Source: Armatimonadota bacterium (GTDB lineage Bacteria; Armatimonadota; UBA5829; DTLH01). Taken from it: 59,849 bases of DNA. Under the pieces are notes generated by a model. That model saw nothing but the letters and a program-made list of their open reading frames with translations. It was not told the DNA's origin and did not search any database. The stretch covers positions 1 through 59,849 of the forward strand of contig JBDKUN010000010.1 in NCBI GenBank assembly GCA_039679675.1, read 5' to 3'. This document shows, one piece after another, positions 9,130-18,416 of the stretch. The translations under genes were made by a program, and so were the position numbers. How positions within the stretch are numbered: the first letter of the stretch is position 1; each line of letters starts with the position of its first letter.

Positions 9130-9594
9130 TTATGAAACCTTCGTCACATTGCTTATAGAAACTTCTTTGTCGCCGATCTTAAGGGCAGGGACTCCATCCT
9201 TGAACTCTATACCGTTCACAGTACCGCTCTCTGTTGTAGTTTTATTAGTTTCAGAATTCGTAACTATGTAGTCCACTTTCTTTCCGATCAAGCTGATGGA
9301 AGAAAATGCCGATTGGTTCGACAATAACGATCCCATATTGCTATCGATAAGATCCTTAATTGACTGCAGATTAGTATTAGTGTTCGTCATCTGTTCCAGG
9401 CTGGAGAACTGAGCAAGCTGTGCGATATACTCCGTATCCTGCATCGGGTTCATCGGGTCCTGGTTCTGGAGCTGTGTTGTCAGAAGTTTCAGAAACGCAT
9501 CTTTATCGAGCGATTTGTTATCTTTAGTACTCTTCGTACTCGTGGTGCTGTTAGTGCTATTAGTACTGTTTACGCCCGTTGTTGTAGTTGACAT
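9130..9594 (-). CDS. flgD: Hook capping protein FlgD
   Basis: [30 protein letters not shown]. Confidence 0.96.
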   Translation of the reverse strand: MSTTTTGVNSTNSTNSTTSTKSTKDNKSLDKDAFLKLLTTQLQNQDPMNPMQDTEYIAQLAQFSSLEQMTNTNTNLQSIKDLIDSNMGSLLSNQSAFSSISLIGKKVDYIVTNSETNKTTTESGTVNGIEFKDGVPALKIGDKEVSISNVTKVS

Positions 9595-9606
9595 AATAAA
9601 ATCCCC

Positions 9607-11199
9607 TTATGCGAGAAAATCGAGCTTTCTGCTCGATGTCCGCATTGCGTCCGCTGTATCCAAGACTGTTCCGCTGTCTTGCGATACGTTTTCGTAAAAA
9701 GTTCCGCTGCTGGCCTTGCCGCCGGGTGTCCAATCATGGCTTCCTGAGTTAAAATTCCAGCCCTGCTGGCTCTGGTCCGGATTTCCGCCGACCGATACAT
9801 TGATCTGATCGACATTTATACCGGCATCCGAGAGTGACTGTTTGAGCGTTGCCAGATCAGACTGAAGAACCTGTCTTGCGGACTCAGTGCTTGTCTGAAT
9901 GGTTGCCGTAACTGTCCCATCCGCGACCGACACGTTCATGTTGACAGTCCCAAGATGCGGTGGGTCGAGTCTGAGGACAATATCGGACCGGCCTTCGGTT
10001 ATATTGACCTTAGCGGCCTTTACTATCTGGTTGATGACCTTGGCGCTTACAACCGGCTCCGGGGGAAGGTTCCCCTGCGACTGCTGAACCGACTCAGTTG
10101 CATTAAAGCCGTGGACATCCGTAACCTGAGAGGATATAACACCCATGTTCGGTTCAGGCTTGCTATCTTTTATGTTCTGGACGTCTTTCGTTTTCTCAAC
10201 CGGAGGGAGATCGATCGCATCTTTCGAACCAACTCCCGTGGACTGGTCAATAATGATCTGCTGACTGTTATTCGCTGTGCCGGTTGTCTGATCCGCAGCC
10301 CCGTATGATGAAGTCTGAGCTGCCTGGCCAAGAACTCCCTGTGAACTATTGAGAGAACCTGCCTCAGACCTTGCATCACTTATCAAGCTTTGAGCTTGAG
10401 CGGATGATGCGGTTTCGACCGCTTTAGCTGTCTCCTGCTCATTCGATAGAACAGCTCCAGCCGCCGAAGAAGCCGCTTTCGCCGTTTGTTTTTCGCTGGC
10501 AGGAGCAGTTTTGACATCACTGAAATCCGTTTTTGCATCCGATTTTACCTGTTCTACCGACAGTTCCGCCTTTTCGGATGAGTCTGATCCTTTGGTTAGG
10601 CCAGCAATTTCACCTGAACCATTCGATTTCTCAGACTCTACCGGAAAGGTTGACTCCGGTTGCTCATGACTCTCCTGAACGACAGTCATGGACGCTGTTC
10701 CCTGAGTAGAAGCCATTGATTGCGCTTCTGACACAACGTCCATAACCTCGTTCTCAATAGCAGACGGCCCGACTTGCTCCGTCTGGACCAGATTTCCTGC
10801 ATTATCCACTGAACTGCTCGCCTGGTCTGCTGTAGCGGCATTGGATACCGAAATCCCGTCTAGCTGTGCGGGGGACGATGTAGTCGCAACTTCTGCGGAC
10901 GCTTTATCAGGCGTTCCGAGAATCACCCCGATAGACCCCAACAGGCATTCTGCTTGAGCGATGTCCCTGGCAAGTTTTTGCCCATCATCGGTTTCCGCAT
11001 CGCTCTTTTCTTCAGTTGACTGTTGTCCGGCCTTTGCTTCGCCGACGTTGTTTTCGGTACTGCAGCCACCCAATAGTTTCGCGACAAGACCCTGAAAATC
11101 AGAACCTTCTCCGCTTTCTGCTGCCTTACCGGAACCCGCGCCACCCGGCGCTGACGCTCCAAGCGAAGCTGCATTAAGTAATAGATTTGCTGCTTCCAA
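9607..11199 (-). CDS. fliK: Hook-length control protein FliK
   Basis: Low-complexity N-terminus; C-terminal LRLDPPHLG..L..L...L...G domain. Confidence 0.9.
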   Translation of the reverse strand: MEAANLLLNAASLGASAPGGAGSGKAAESGEGSDFQGLVAKLLGGCSTENNVGEAKAGQQSTEEKSDAETDDGQKLARDIAQAECLLGSIGVILGTPDKASAEVATTSSPAQLDGISVSNAATADQASSSVDNAGNLVQTEQVGPSAIENEVMDVVSEAQSMASTQGTASMTVVQESHEQPESTFPVESEKSNGSGEIAGLTKGSDSSEKAELSVEQVKSDAKTDFSDVKTAPASEKQTAKAASSAAGAVLSNEQETAKAVETASSAQAQSLISDARSEAGSLNSSQGVLGQAAQTSSYGAADQTTGTANNSQQIIIDQSTGVGSKDAIDLPPVEKTKDVQNIKDSKPEPNMGVISSQVTDVHGFNATESVQQSQGNLPPEPVVSAKVINQIVKAAKVNITEGRSDIVLRLDPPHLGTVNMNVSVADGTVTATIQTSTESARQVLQSDLATLKQSLSDAGINVDQINVSVGGNPDQSQQGWNFNSGSHDWTPGGKASSGTFYENVSQDSGTVLDTADAMRTSSRKLDFLA

Positions 11200-11236
11200 T
11201 ATGCGGTAACACCTCCTTTTAGATTTTGTACTCCAC

Positions 11237-11797
11237 TCACTGCTCTCCCGAATAACTATCGACGTAACTCAGCACTTTCTTAACGTAATTTTGCGTCTCG
11301 GTATACGGCGGAACTCCGCCATACTTAACCACGCTGCCCGGACCGGCGTTATAGGCAGCAAGAGCAGAGGCAAGATCGCCGCCAAACCTGTCGAGCTGGC
11401 ACTTCAAATACCTTGTGCCGCCGTCTATATTCTCTGCAGGGTCGCTTGCATCAACTCCGAGCGCCCTGGCTGTTCCCGGCATAAGCTGCATAAGCCCCTG
11501 CGCGCCGACTCTCGATCTCGCATTTACGCGGAACCCGGATTCTGCCTTGATAACGGCCTTTATGACCGCAGGGCTTACTCCATATTTCTCCGAAGCAGCA
11601 TCGATCATCGGTTCAAGGTCCTCCGGGCAAGGAGTCGCATGAGAACTGCCAACCTGGCGCATTACGCCATCGAATGTGTTGCACCGGCTTCCTCCAGCCA
11701 TATTCACGCACCGGTCCATGTTCTCGCTTGGGTCCACAAACCTGCGCCGTATTTCTTCGATTCTTGCCTTAACGGCTTCGATATGCTCAAGATTCAT
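11237..11797 (-). CDS. SLT-domain lytic transglycosylase
   Basis: AVIKAES, GAQGLMQLMP, AAYNAGPG, ETQNYV motifs. Confidence 0.93.
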   Translation of the reverse strand: MNLEHIEAVKARIEEIRRRFVDPSENMDRCVNMAGGSRCNTFDGVMRQVGSSHATPCPEDLEPMIDAASEKYGVSPAVIKAVIKAESGFRVNARSRVGAQGLMQLMPGTARALGVDASDPAENIDGGTRYLKCQLDRFGGDLASALAAYNAGPGSVVKYGGVPPYTETQNYVKKVLSYVDSYSGEQ

Positions 11798-12264
11798 ATC
11801 CGGCCTCCGGTTGCGAAGTCTTCAGCTCTTGTCCTTCCGAAACGGATTCCGGCGATTTCGTCCAGGAACTTCTGTTCCTGCCGGTCAGCCTCTTTTTTGT
11901 AATCAGCGACCTTATATTCCTTCAGCCGTTCCAAAGCCTTTCGTTCCTTCGCGGCATCGACAACCTCAAGAGTTTTCTGGTCCTTCTTCTCCTTGACATT
12001 GGAAACAACAAGCTGTTGGGCCAAAACCTGCTTGGTCAATTGCTGCAGGTAGTTGTATGATTCTTTGATCTCATCCGCGCTACCTTGCGACAACTCAACT
12101 TTCATCTTCTCCCTAAACCGGCTCAGCTCATGCTTCATGTCTTCAAGCTTCACAAGCTCGCGCTCATGCTCTGCCTGAACGGCTGCAAGCTCTGCCAGCA
12201 GCTTATCTTCTATCGTTTGCCTGTAATCCAGCACTCGCTGGAGATTGAACTTGAACTTTTTCAT
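11794..12264 (-). CDS. fliJ: Flagellar export protein FliJ
   Basis: MKKFKFNLQRVL start; coiled coil; EQKFLDE. Confidence 0.93.
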   Translation of the reverse strand: MKKFKFNLQRVLDYRQTIEDKLLAELAAVQAEHERELVKLEDMKHELSRFREKMKVELSQGSADEIKESYNYLQQLTKQVLAQQLVVSNVKEKKDQKTLEVVDAAKERKALERLKEYKVADYKKEADRQEQKFLDEIAGIRFGRTRAEDFATGGRI

Positions 12265-13595
12265 TTCTCAGCCTTAAATAACTCCTGCAAAGCCGCTACT
12301 GTCTCGGCATAAGGGGCCTTATCTGAGACAGCCTGCTTCAAAAACTGATTGATTGCGCTGATGTGCGCCTTTGCGTGATCGATTTTGGGATTGCTTCCAT
12401 CGACATACGCGCCGATGTTGATAAGGTCCTCCGCGGACTGGTAACTGGCTAAAATATCTCTTAACATCCCGGCAGCTTGCCGGTGTTCCGGCGTAGTAAC
12501 ATCCGATATAAGCCTGCTGACGCTGGCGAGGACATCTATTGCCGGGTAATGGTTCTTGTGCGCAAGGTCTCTCGAAAGGACGATGTGCCCGTCCAGAATA
12601 CTTCGGACTGAGTCTGCTACCGGCTCGTTCATGTCGTCGCCATCGACCAGAACTGTATAAAGCCCTGTAATGGACCCCTTTGCGGCAGTACCCGAGCGTT
12701 CGAGAAGCTTCGGTAAAAGAGCAAATACGGATGGAGTGTATCCTCTGGTCGTCGGCGGCTCACCGACAGCAAGACCGATCTCTCTCTGGGCCCACGCTAC
12801 ACGGGTGACGGAGTCCATCATCAGCATGACATCCTTGCCCTGGTCTCTGAAGTACTCGGCAATCGTCGTAGCAACCATCGCTCCTCTCAAACGGGAAACT
12901 GCTACCTGATCGGACGTGGCTACGACAACTACAGACCTTGCAAGACCTTCCGGGCCGAGGTCTTTTTCTATGAAATCTCTGACTTCTCTACCTCGTTCTC
13001 CGATGAGGGCGATCACGTTTACATCTGCTTCGGTATTACGAGCGATCATGCCGAGAAGGGTGCTCTTCCCCACCCCACTGCCTGCAAAAATGCCGATACG
13101 CTGGCCTTTGCCGCACGTGATAAGTGAGTCTATCGCTCTCACGCCGAGAGGAAGGTGGCTGTTGATGCGTGTCCTCTCCATCGGTGCAGGAGGAGTCCGG
13201 GAAACAACCAGTTCCTCCTCGATTTCGATTGGCCCAAGCCCATCAATCGGCCTGCCGAGCCCGTCCAGAACGCGCCCGAGAAGCCCGTTTCCTACCTTAG
13301 CCCTGAGGGATGTTCCCGTGGCAACGACGTTGCTTCCGGGAGCTATTTCTTCCATCTCTCCGAGCGGCATTAAAAGCACACTGTTTTCCTTGAAGCCGAC
13401 AACCTCTGCAAGTATGGGTTTCGCGTTTCGCCGCACCTGAATCTCACAAATTTCGCCAAGGTGCGCCGCCGGGCCTTTCGACTCGACGACTACTCCCACG
13501 ACCTGCGACACTTTGCCGTTCAATTTCATTGTATTCAGGCGGCTCACGACCGGCGTATATCTATCAAGACTCGGCGGGTTCTTCAGACCTGCCAT
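12261..13595 (-). CDS. fliI: Flagellar export ATPase FliI (start trimmed to MAGLKN after GGAGG)
   Basis: GSGVGKS Walker A; GERGREV; GEPPTTRGY. Confidence 0.97.
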   Translation of the reverse strand: MAGLKNPPSLDRYTPVVSRLNTMKLNGKVSQVVGVVVESKGPAAHLGEICEIQVRRNAKPILAEVVGFKENSVLLMPLGEMEEIAPGSNVVATGTSLRAKVGNGLLGRVLDGLGRPIDGLGPIEIEEELVVSRTPPAPMERTRINSHLPLGVRAIDSLITCGKGQRIGIFAGSGVGKSTLLGMIARNTEADVNVIALIGERGREVRDFIEKDLGPEGLARSVVVVATSDQVAVSRLRGAMVATTIAEYFRDQGKDVMLMMDSVTRVAWAQREIGLAVGEPPTTRGYTPSVFALLPKLLERSGTAAKGSITGLYTVLVDGDDMNEPVADSVRSILDGHIVLSRDLAHKNHYPAIDVLASVSRLISDVTTPEHRQAAGMLRDILASYQSAEDLINIGAYVDGSNPKIDHAKAHISAINQFLKQAVSDKAPYAETVAALQELFKAEK

Positions 13596-14280
13596 AACGG
13601 CTTGCCTCCAATAATGCTCTCTCTGTTTCCGATAATTGCGTCTCAATACGCGCATCAAGATCGCCGTTGTTGGACTCTATGATGCACCCGCCTTCGTCAA
13701 CCCTGCGGTCGTCAATAATTTCGAGGTTCCTGATGCCGTCGCATGAGCTGAGGACTTCGTCCTTCTCTTCCCTCATGAGTGTATAATCTTTCGGGTTCAC
13801 GCGGACTTTAAGGTCTTGCCTGTCTCTCAACTGCCGTATGCCTTCCTTAACCGTGGTCAACACGAATCCATCAGTCTCTTCGATGTTGTGCCGGACGATT
13901 TTCGATGCTATCTCTACAGACAATCTCAGAAGTTCAGGCTCGATCTTCACCCAGAAACGTCCGACCTCGTCGTCCGCAGCGACTTCTATTTGATGAATCT
14001 GCTCAACCATCGCCTCGTGTTCATCGTTCAACCGGCTCATACCGGCCTCATAACCTTCCTGGTAAGCTGAATCACGAATCGACTCTGCTTCGGTCTGTGC
14101 TTCCGAAACCAGTGCACGGGCATCATCCTTCGCTTGAGCTATCATCTCCCTCGCCTTGGCTTCAGGTGATTTAGCCTTTATAGAATTCAGGCTTCCGGCA
14201 AGCTCTTTTCCCGGCTCGATCAGATACTCATCGCCAATATCCGAGCTAGGCAGCAAGTTCGACTTGATCAGACTGTTCAA
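13564..14280 (-). CDS. fliH: Flagellar assembly protein FliH
   Basis: AYQEGYEAG repeat; VRVNPKD; GGCIIE..G.LDA. Confidence 0.92.
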   Translation of the reverse strand: MNSLIKSNLLPSSDIGDEYLIEPGKELAGSLNSIKAKSPEAKAREMIAQAKDDARALVSEAQTEAESIRDSAYQEGYEAGMSRLNDEHEAMVEQIHQIEVAADDEVGRFWVKIEPELLRLSVEIASKIVRHNIEETDGFVLTTVKEGIRQLRDRQDLKVRVNPKDYTLMREEKDEVLSSCDGIRNLEIIDDRRVDEGGCIIESNNGDLDARIETQLSETERALLEASRYGRSEEPAES

Positions 14281-15349
14281 CTACCTGCTCCCCCTCCATC
14301 TGCGCCATCATTTGAGCCTCTATCTGAGCCTCATCCAGAGTCTCTCCGCCCATCTCATCCGGGTTCCTCAATACCGCCTCACCGCTCGCGATCAGCTTCC
14401 TGACAACGTTTACTATCTTCTGCTGTCCGGCATCCACATCCTCAGGTTTGGCGTTGGTTAGCAACTCCAGATCTTCCTTGAGCATATCAGCAGCACGTTC
14501 GGACATGTTTCTGAACGCCAGCTTCTTAATATCATCATTAGCGCCTTTGAGCGCCATTCTCAGGTCTTCCTGATCGATCTCACGAAGAACGAGCTGCATC
14601 GTGCGGTCATCGAGTTTGATGAGATCTTCAAAGACAAACATCATCTTTCGAACCTGATCACCCATTTCGGGGTCTTCCGAAGCAAGCGAACCAAGCACCA
14701 ACTGCTCCGTGGACCTGGTAACATTGTTCAATATGTCCACAAGCGCCTTGGGGCCGCCCGCAGAAGCTATCTGTGAGCCTGCCGCCAAGAGTTTAGCGTT
14801 CAGGGCTTCTTCAATTGCGCTTAAAACGGACGGATCAGTCTCCCCCTGCGTGCAAATAGAGTGTGCCACTTTGGCCTGTATATCATCACCCAGCTCTGAA
14901 AGAACAAGTGCAGCCTTTTCCGACGGTAGATACGTAAGAACGAGTCCAATGATCTGGGGGTTCTCTTTTGCAAGGACTGAGGCTATCTTGCTTGCTTCCG
15001 CCCGCCACAACGACTCAAATGGCCGCCCGCAAGATGCTGTTCTGGCCTTGTCCAAAAGCTCAGTTGCCTTCTCCTGGCCCATTGCCTGCTCAAGCGCTCG
15101 CGCGGCAAAGTCCTTACCGCCTGATAACCCGCTTTGAGCTGCCGTACACATCTGCCGAAACTCCGAAACCACGGCTTCTATCACATTGGCATCAATGTCC
15201 TGCAGTTTCATGATCTGGCTTGATAACTTTTCCACTTCAGGCTCATTCAGGTGCTTGAACACATTCGCCGTAACATCAGTCCCGAGCGCTATTAGCACTA
15301 TACTTGCCTTCTCCAAGCCTGTAAGCTGATTTGGTTCCCTAATATCCAT
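14246..15349 (-). CDS. fliG: Flagellar motor switch protein FliG
   Basis: LTGLEKASIVL; ENPQII; MFVFEDL; NMSERAA. Confidence 0.95.
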   Translation of the reverse strand: MDIREPNQLTGLEKASIVLIALGTDVTANVFKHLNEPEVEKLSSQIMKLQDIDANVIEAVVSEFRQMCTAAQSGLSGGKDFAARALEQAMGQEKATELLDKARTASCGRPFESLWRAEASKIASVLAKENPQIIGLVLTYLPSEKAALVLSELGDDIQAKVAHSICTQGETDPSVLSAIEEALNAKLLAAGSQIASAGGPKALVDILNNVTRSTEQLVLGSLASEDPEMGDQVRKMMFVFEDLIKLDDRTMQLVLREIDQEDLRMALKGANDDIKKLAFRNMSERAADMLKEDLELLTNAKPEDVDAGQQKIVNVVRKLIASGEAVLRNPDEMGGETLDEAQIEAQMMAQMEGEQVVEQSDQVELAA

Positions 15350-15360
15350 CTTTTACTACT

Positions 15361-16932
15361 CTACTCCGACATCCACGCACGCAGCGCTTTTGCTACATCT
15401 TCCGCACTTGGTTTCGCTGTTGACCCGGCACCTACCGGCTGGCTGGAACCACCGACCGCAGCCACATCCGCCATCATTTCTGGTGTTGCACTGTATCCCT
15501 GAAGCACCTCCGGAACCTCGTCAGGAGAGACTTCGGTCACAGTCACTGATTCAGGAACCTGAACCCTGATCTGCTTCAGCATTCCCTTCAGGAAGAACAG
15601 GAAAGCAAACAGAAGCAGAACCCCGCCAACGGTCTTTCCAATTGAAAGATAATTCGATTTGGATTCTTCCGCTGCCATCTCTTTGGCCTGCTGTTTTGCG
15701 GCGCTGTCATCGAACGCTATACTTTCAACGGTAACTTTGTCGCCTCTCTGCGGATCGATACCTGCCGCCGTAGAGACTGCGTTTCGAATAGACTGCACCT
15801 TACCGGCATCGACTTTGCCGTCAACCATTACAGCAACTGAAATTTTCTCTAACTGGCCGGGAGCGGTTATGACATGCTCCGTTGTTTTGGAGACCTCATA
15901 CTTGGCGTTTGACTGGATTCTCTGGTAGCCGTTGCCGCCGGTTGTGACCGTCGATGATGCGGTTCCATTGATTGCAGGCCTTACGCCGACAACTCCTCCG
16001 GGAGCACTGCCTGAGCCGTTGTAGCTCTCTTCCATCCGGTCTTCGCTTTCGAGGACGCCCTTGTTCGTTTCTACCGGCTCGTAAAGCTCGCTGTTCTTCT
16101 CCTTGCGGTCAAAATTGATCTTTGCGTTAACCCTCACGACCGCTTTGTTAGGACCAAGCACGCGTTCAAGCATCGACTGGATATCCTGCCGCACCTGCTG
16201 CTCGTATTCCCCTTTCATCCTGAGCTGCGATGAACTCATTCTCGGATCAAGGCCAGTAGAGCTGTCTACCGGCTCGGAAAGCATATTGCCATCCGTATCG
16301 ACTATGGTCACATGGTCCGGGGTCAGTCCTTCGACAGCCGATGACACCAATCGAACAATTCCGGAGACCTGGTCGGGGCTCAATCTGCTGCCCGGTCTCA
16401 GCTTCAGAATTACGGAAGCTGTAGGCTGCTTTTTATCGTCTGCGAATACATTCTCTTCAGGAATAACCACATGAACGCGGGATTGGGTAACATTGTCTAT
16501 CTCGTCTATTGTCCTGCTGAGTTCGCCCTGAAGCGCTCTCTGGTAGTTCAGCTTCTGAGTAAACTCGGTCATTCCCAGGTTGTTTTTATCGAATAGTTCA
16601 AAACCAACTGTACCGCCCTTGGGCAACCCCTCGCTTGCAAGCTGCATTCTGAGCTCATGAACGTTTTTTTCAGGGACCTTTATAGTGGAACCGTCTATTT
16701 CATAAGGAATTTTGCTTTCCTGCAGCTTCGACACTATAGTGCCTGCATCGGCGGCCTCCAACCCGGAGAACAAGACCTCGTATGACGGTCTCGTCGCCAC
16801 AATTGATACCACCAAAAGCAGGACAACGCTCGTGGAGATAAACACGACCGCCATAAACCGCTGAGTATTGCTGAGGCCTCCCCAGAACTTCGCTATTGCC
16901 TGCATCGGGCCCAGTTTTGTGAGTTGATCCAT
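15361..16932 (-). CDS. fliF: MS-ring protein FliF
   Basis: GFELFD; YQRALQGELSRTI; two TM segments. Confidence 0.96.
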   Translation of the reverse strand: MDQLTKLGPMQAIAKFWGGLSNTQRFMAVVFISTSVVLLLVVSIVATRPSYEVLFSGLEAADAGTIVSKLQESKIPYEIDGSTIKVPEKNVHELRMQLASEGLPKGGTVGFELFDKNNLGMTEFTQKLNYQRALQGELSRTIDEIDNVTQSRVHVVIPEENVFADDKKQPTASVILKLRPGSRLSPDQVSGIVRLVSSAVEGLTPDHVTIVDTDGNMLSEPVDSSTGLDPRMSSSQLRMKGEYEQQVRQDIQSMLERVLGPNKAVVRVNAKINFDRKEKNSELYEPVETNKGVLESEDRMEESYNGSGSAPGGVVGVRPAINGTASSTVTTGGNGYQRIQSNAKYEVSKTTEHVITAPGQLEKISVAVMVDGKVDAGKVQSIRNAVSTAAGIDPQRGDKVTVESIAFDDSAAKQQAKEMAAEESKSNYLSIGKTVGGVLLLFAFLFFLKGMLKQIRVQVPESVTVTEVSPDEVPEVLQGYSATPEMMADVAAVGGSSQPVGAGSTAKPSAEDVAKALRAWMSE

Positions 16933-16979
16933 TTAAATCCGTCCCCTAAATAAGCTTCATTCGTAAAGCAACAAGCCTG

Positions 16980-17282
16980 CTAGACCTGCATGCGCATAAT
17001 TTCCTGGTAAGCGTCGATTACTTTGTTTCTGACCTGAATGGTAAACTGCAGAGCAGTGCTTGCCTTCTGCATGGAGATCATTGCCTGGTGTATCTCAACG
17101 GGGTCACCTACCGCGAGCTTATTAGCCAGATCATCCGCATCAGTCTGGAGCTTGTTGACTTCAGATAGCGCTGATTTGATCGTGTTCCCGAATCCGCCGC
17201 CTGGCGCAGGTGTTGCCTGGTTTTGAGATATTCCTCCAACCGACGCTGTGGGTAACTGGCTTCCTATACCTTCGATTTGCAT
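16980..17282 (-). CDS. fliE: Hook-basal body protein FliE
   Basis: QVRNKVIDAYQEIMRMQV. Confidence 0.96.
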   Translation of the reverse strand: MQIEGIGSQLPTASVGGISQNQATPAPGGGFGNTIKSALSEVNKLQTDADDLANKLAVGDPVEIHQAMISMQKASTALQFTIQVRNKVIDAYQEIMRMQV

Positions 17283-17301
17283 ATTCGTTCAACCGCCTTT
17301 T

Positions 17302-17709
17302 CTAAGCTCTGCCGAGTTCCAGTGCTTTCGATGCCATCGACTTTGCAGCCTGGATAGCCTGAACATTTGCCTCGTATGCTCTAGTAGCAGAGACCATATC
17401 CACCATTTCTTCGACAATGTTGACATTCGGCATTGCCACCATACCTTCGGAGTTGGCATCGGGATTCGACGGATCATGTATCATCCTTGAAGGAGCCTGG
17501 CTTTCTACCACTTCCTCTACATCTACACCGGCGGTGGTCCCGTCGTCCGCGGTCCGCGACCTAAAGACAACTTCCTGTTTTTTATATGGCCCGCCCGTGT
17601 CTGTGCGGGTGGTATTTACGTTGGCGATGTTATTTGCGATCGCATCGAGCCTGGTACGCTGGGCGAAAAGCCCCGATGCGCTGATATCTATTGAGGAAAA
17701 ACTACTCAA
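17302..17709 (-). CDS. flgC: Basal-body rod protein FlgC
   Basis: NIANVNTTRT..GGPY; PNVNIVEEMVDM..ATRAYEAN. Confidence 0.96.
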   Translation of the reverse strand: MSSFSSIDISASGLFAQRTRLDAIANNIANVNTTRTDTGGPYKKQEVVFRSRTADDGTTAGVDVEEVVESQAPSRMIHDPSNPDANSEGMVAMPNVNIVEEMVDMVSATRAYEANVQAIQAAKSMASKALELGRA

Positions 17710-17711
17710 CT

Positions 17712-18101
17712 TTAGCGTCTCCCTTCATTTATCGCTGTTTTAAGCATTGAGGATTTCAAGTTAAGGATCTGGACGATGGACTCGTAATTAAGAGAGTTCT
17801 TGGCCAGATCAGCCATCTCTTTATCTATCGACACATTGTTGCCGTTCGGACCTGCAGCGGTCGTCTCATCTGCCACAGTCTGGGGTTGTACATCTTCAAG
17901 TGACTTTCTTATGTCATCGTCACTGCCCGATTCCATAGCCTGCTTGAGGCTGTCCTCAAATGTAACATCCGACCTGATAAACCCTGGTGTCTCCACGTTT
18001 GCAATGTTGTTAGCGATCACTTTATGACGCGCGGCAATACCATCCAGCGACTTCGCCAGCGATAAAGACGTAACATCAGTCAAATAGTCGAGCATTATCA
18101 T
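17712..18101 (-). CDS. flgB: Basal-body rod protein FlgB
   Basis: ANNIANVETPGF; NGNNVSIDKEM. Confidence 0.96.
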   Translation of the reverse strand: MIMLDYLTDVTSLSLAKSLDGIAARHKVIANNIANVETPGFIRSDVTFEDSLKQAMESGSDDDIRKSLEDVQPQTVADETTAAGPNGNNVSIDKEMADLAKNSLNYESIVQILNLKSSMLKTAINEGRR

Positions 18102-18140
18102 CTACCTCCTGCCGGTTTATATCAGCAGCGGGATCTATAT

Positions 18141-18156
18141 AGCAATTCGTGTGCCA
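18141..18156 (-). promoter_or_regulatory. Sigma54 promoter of the flgB operon
   Basis: Minus strand TGGCAC-ACGAA-TTGCT, consensus -24/-12. Confidence 0.88.
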
Positions 18157-18237
18157 GGTCTAGGGGATAGGGGATGGTATGGATGGTGTAATTTACATCA
18201 CCCACACCGTAATAGTTCACTCAAAATAAGAATTATA

Positions 18238-18308
18238 CGTCACCCTGAACTTGATTCAGGGTCCATTCTTTTCCTGGATTCCGAATCAAGTTCGGAATGA
18301 CGTTGTGA
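18238..18308. repeat. Family C double-hairpin repeat (gtcaccctgaacttgattcagggt...ttccgaatcaagttcggaatgac)
   Basis: Two hairpins; related interrupted copy at 40196-40376. Confidence 0.75.
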
Positions 18309-18416
18309 CAGCCCGGAATGATGTTGCACTCATCAACTCTTACCTCATATCTTCTCTGGTATGGTAATATATGCCTGTCTGGAAGCATAAGAACAAGAGG
18401 GAGACTGATTGAAGCC

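Noticed and set aside
9520..9594. Short Thr/Ser/Asn repeats at the flgD start
   Set aside because: Ordinary low-complexity FlgD N-terminus
18102..18237. c-di-GMP riboswitch upstream of flgB
   Set aside because: No GEMM-like motif; the sigma54 site leaves only a very short leader
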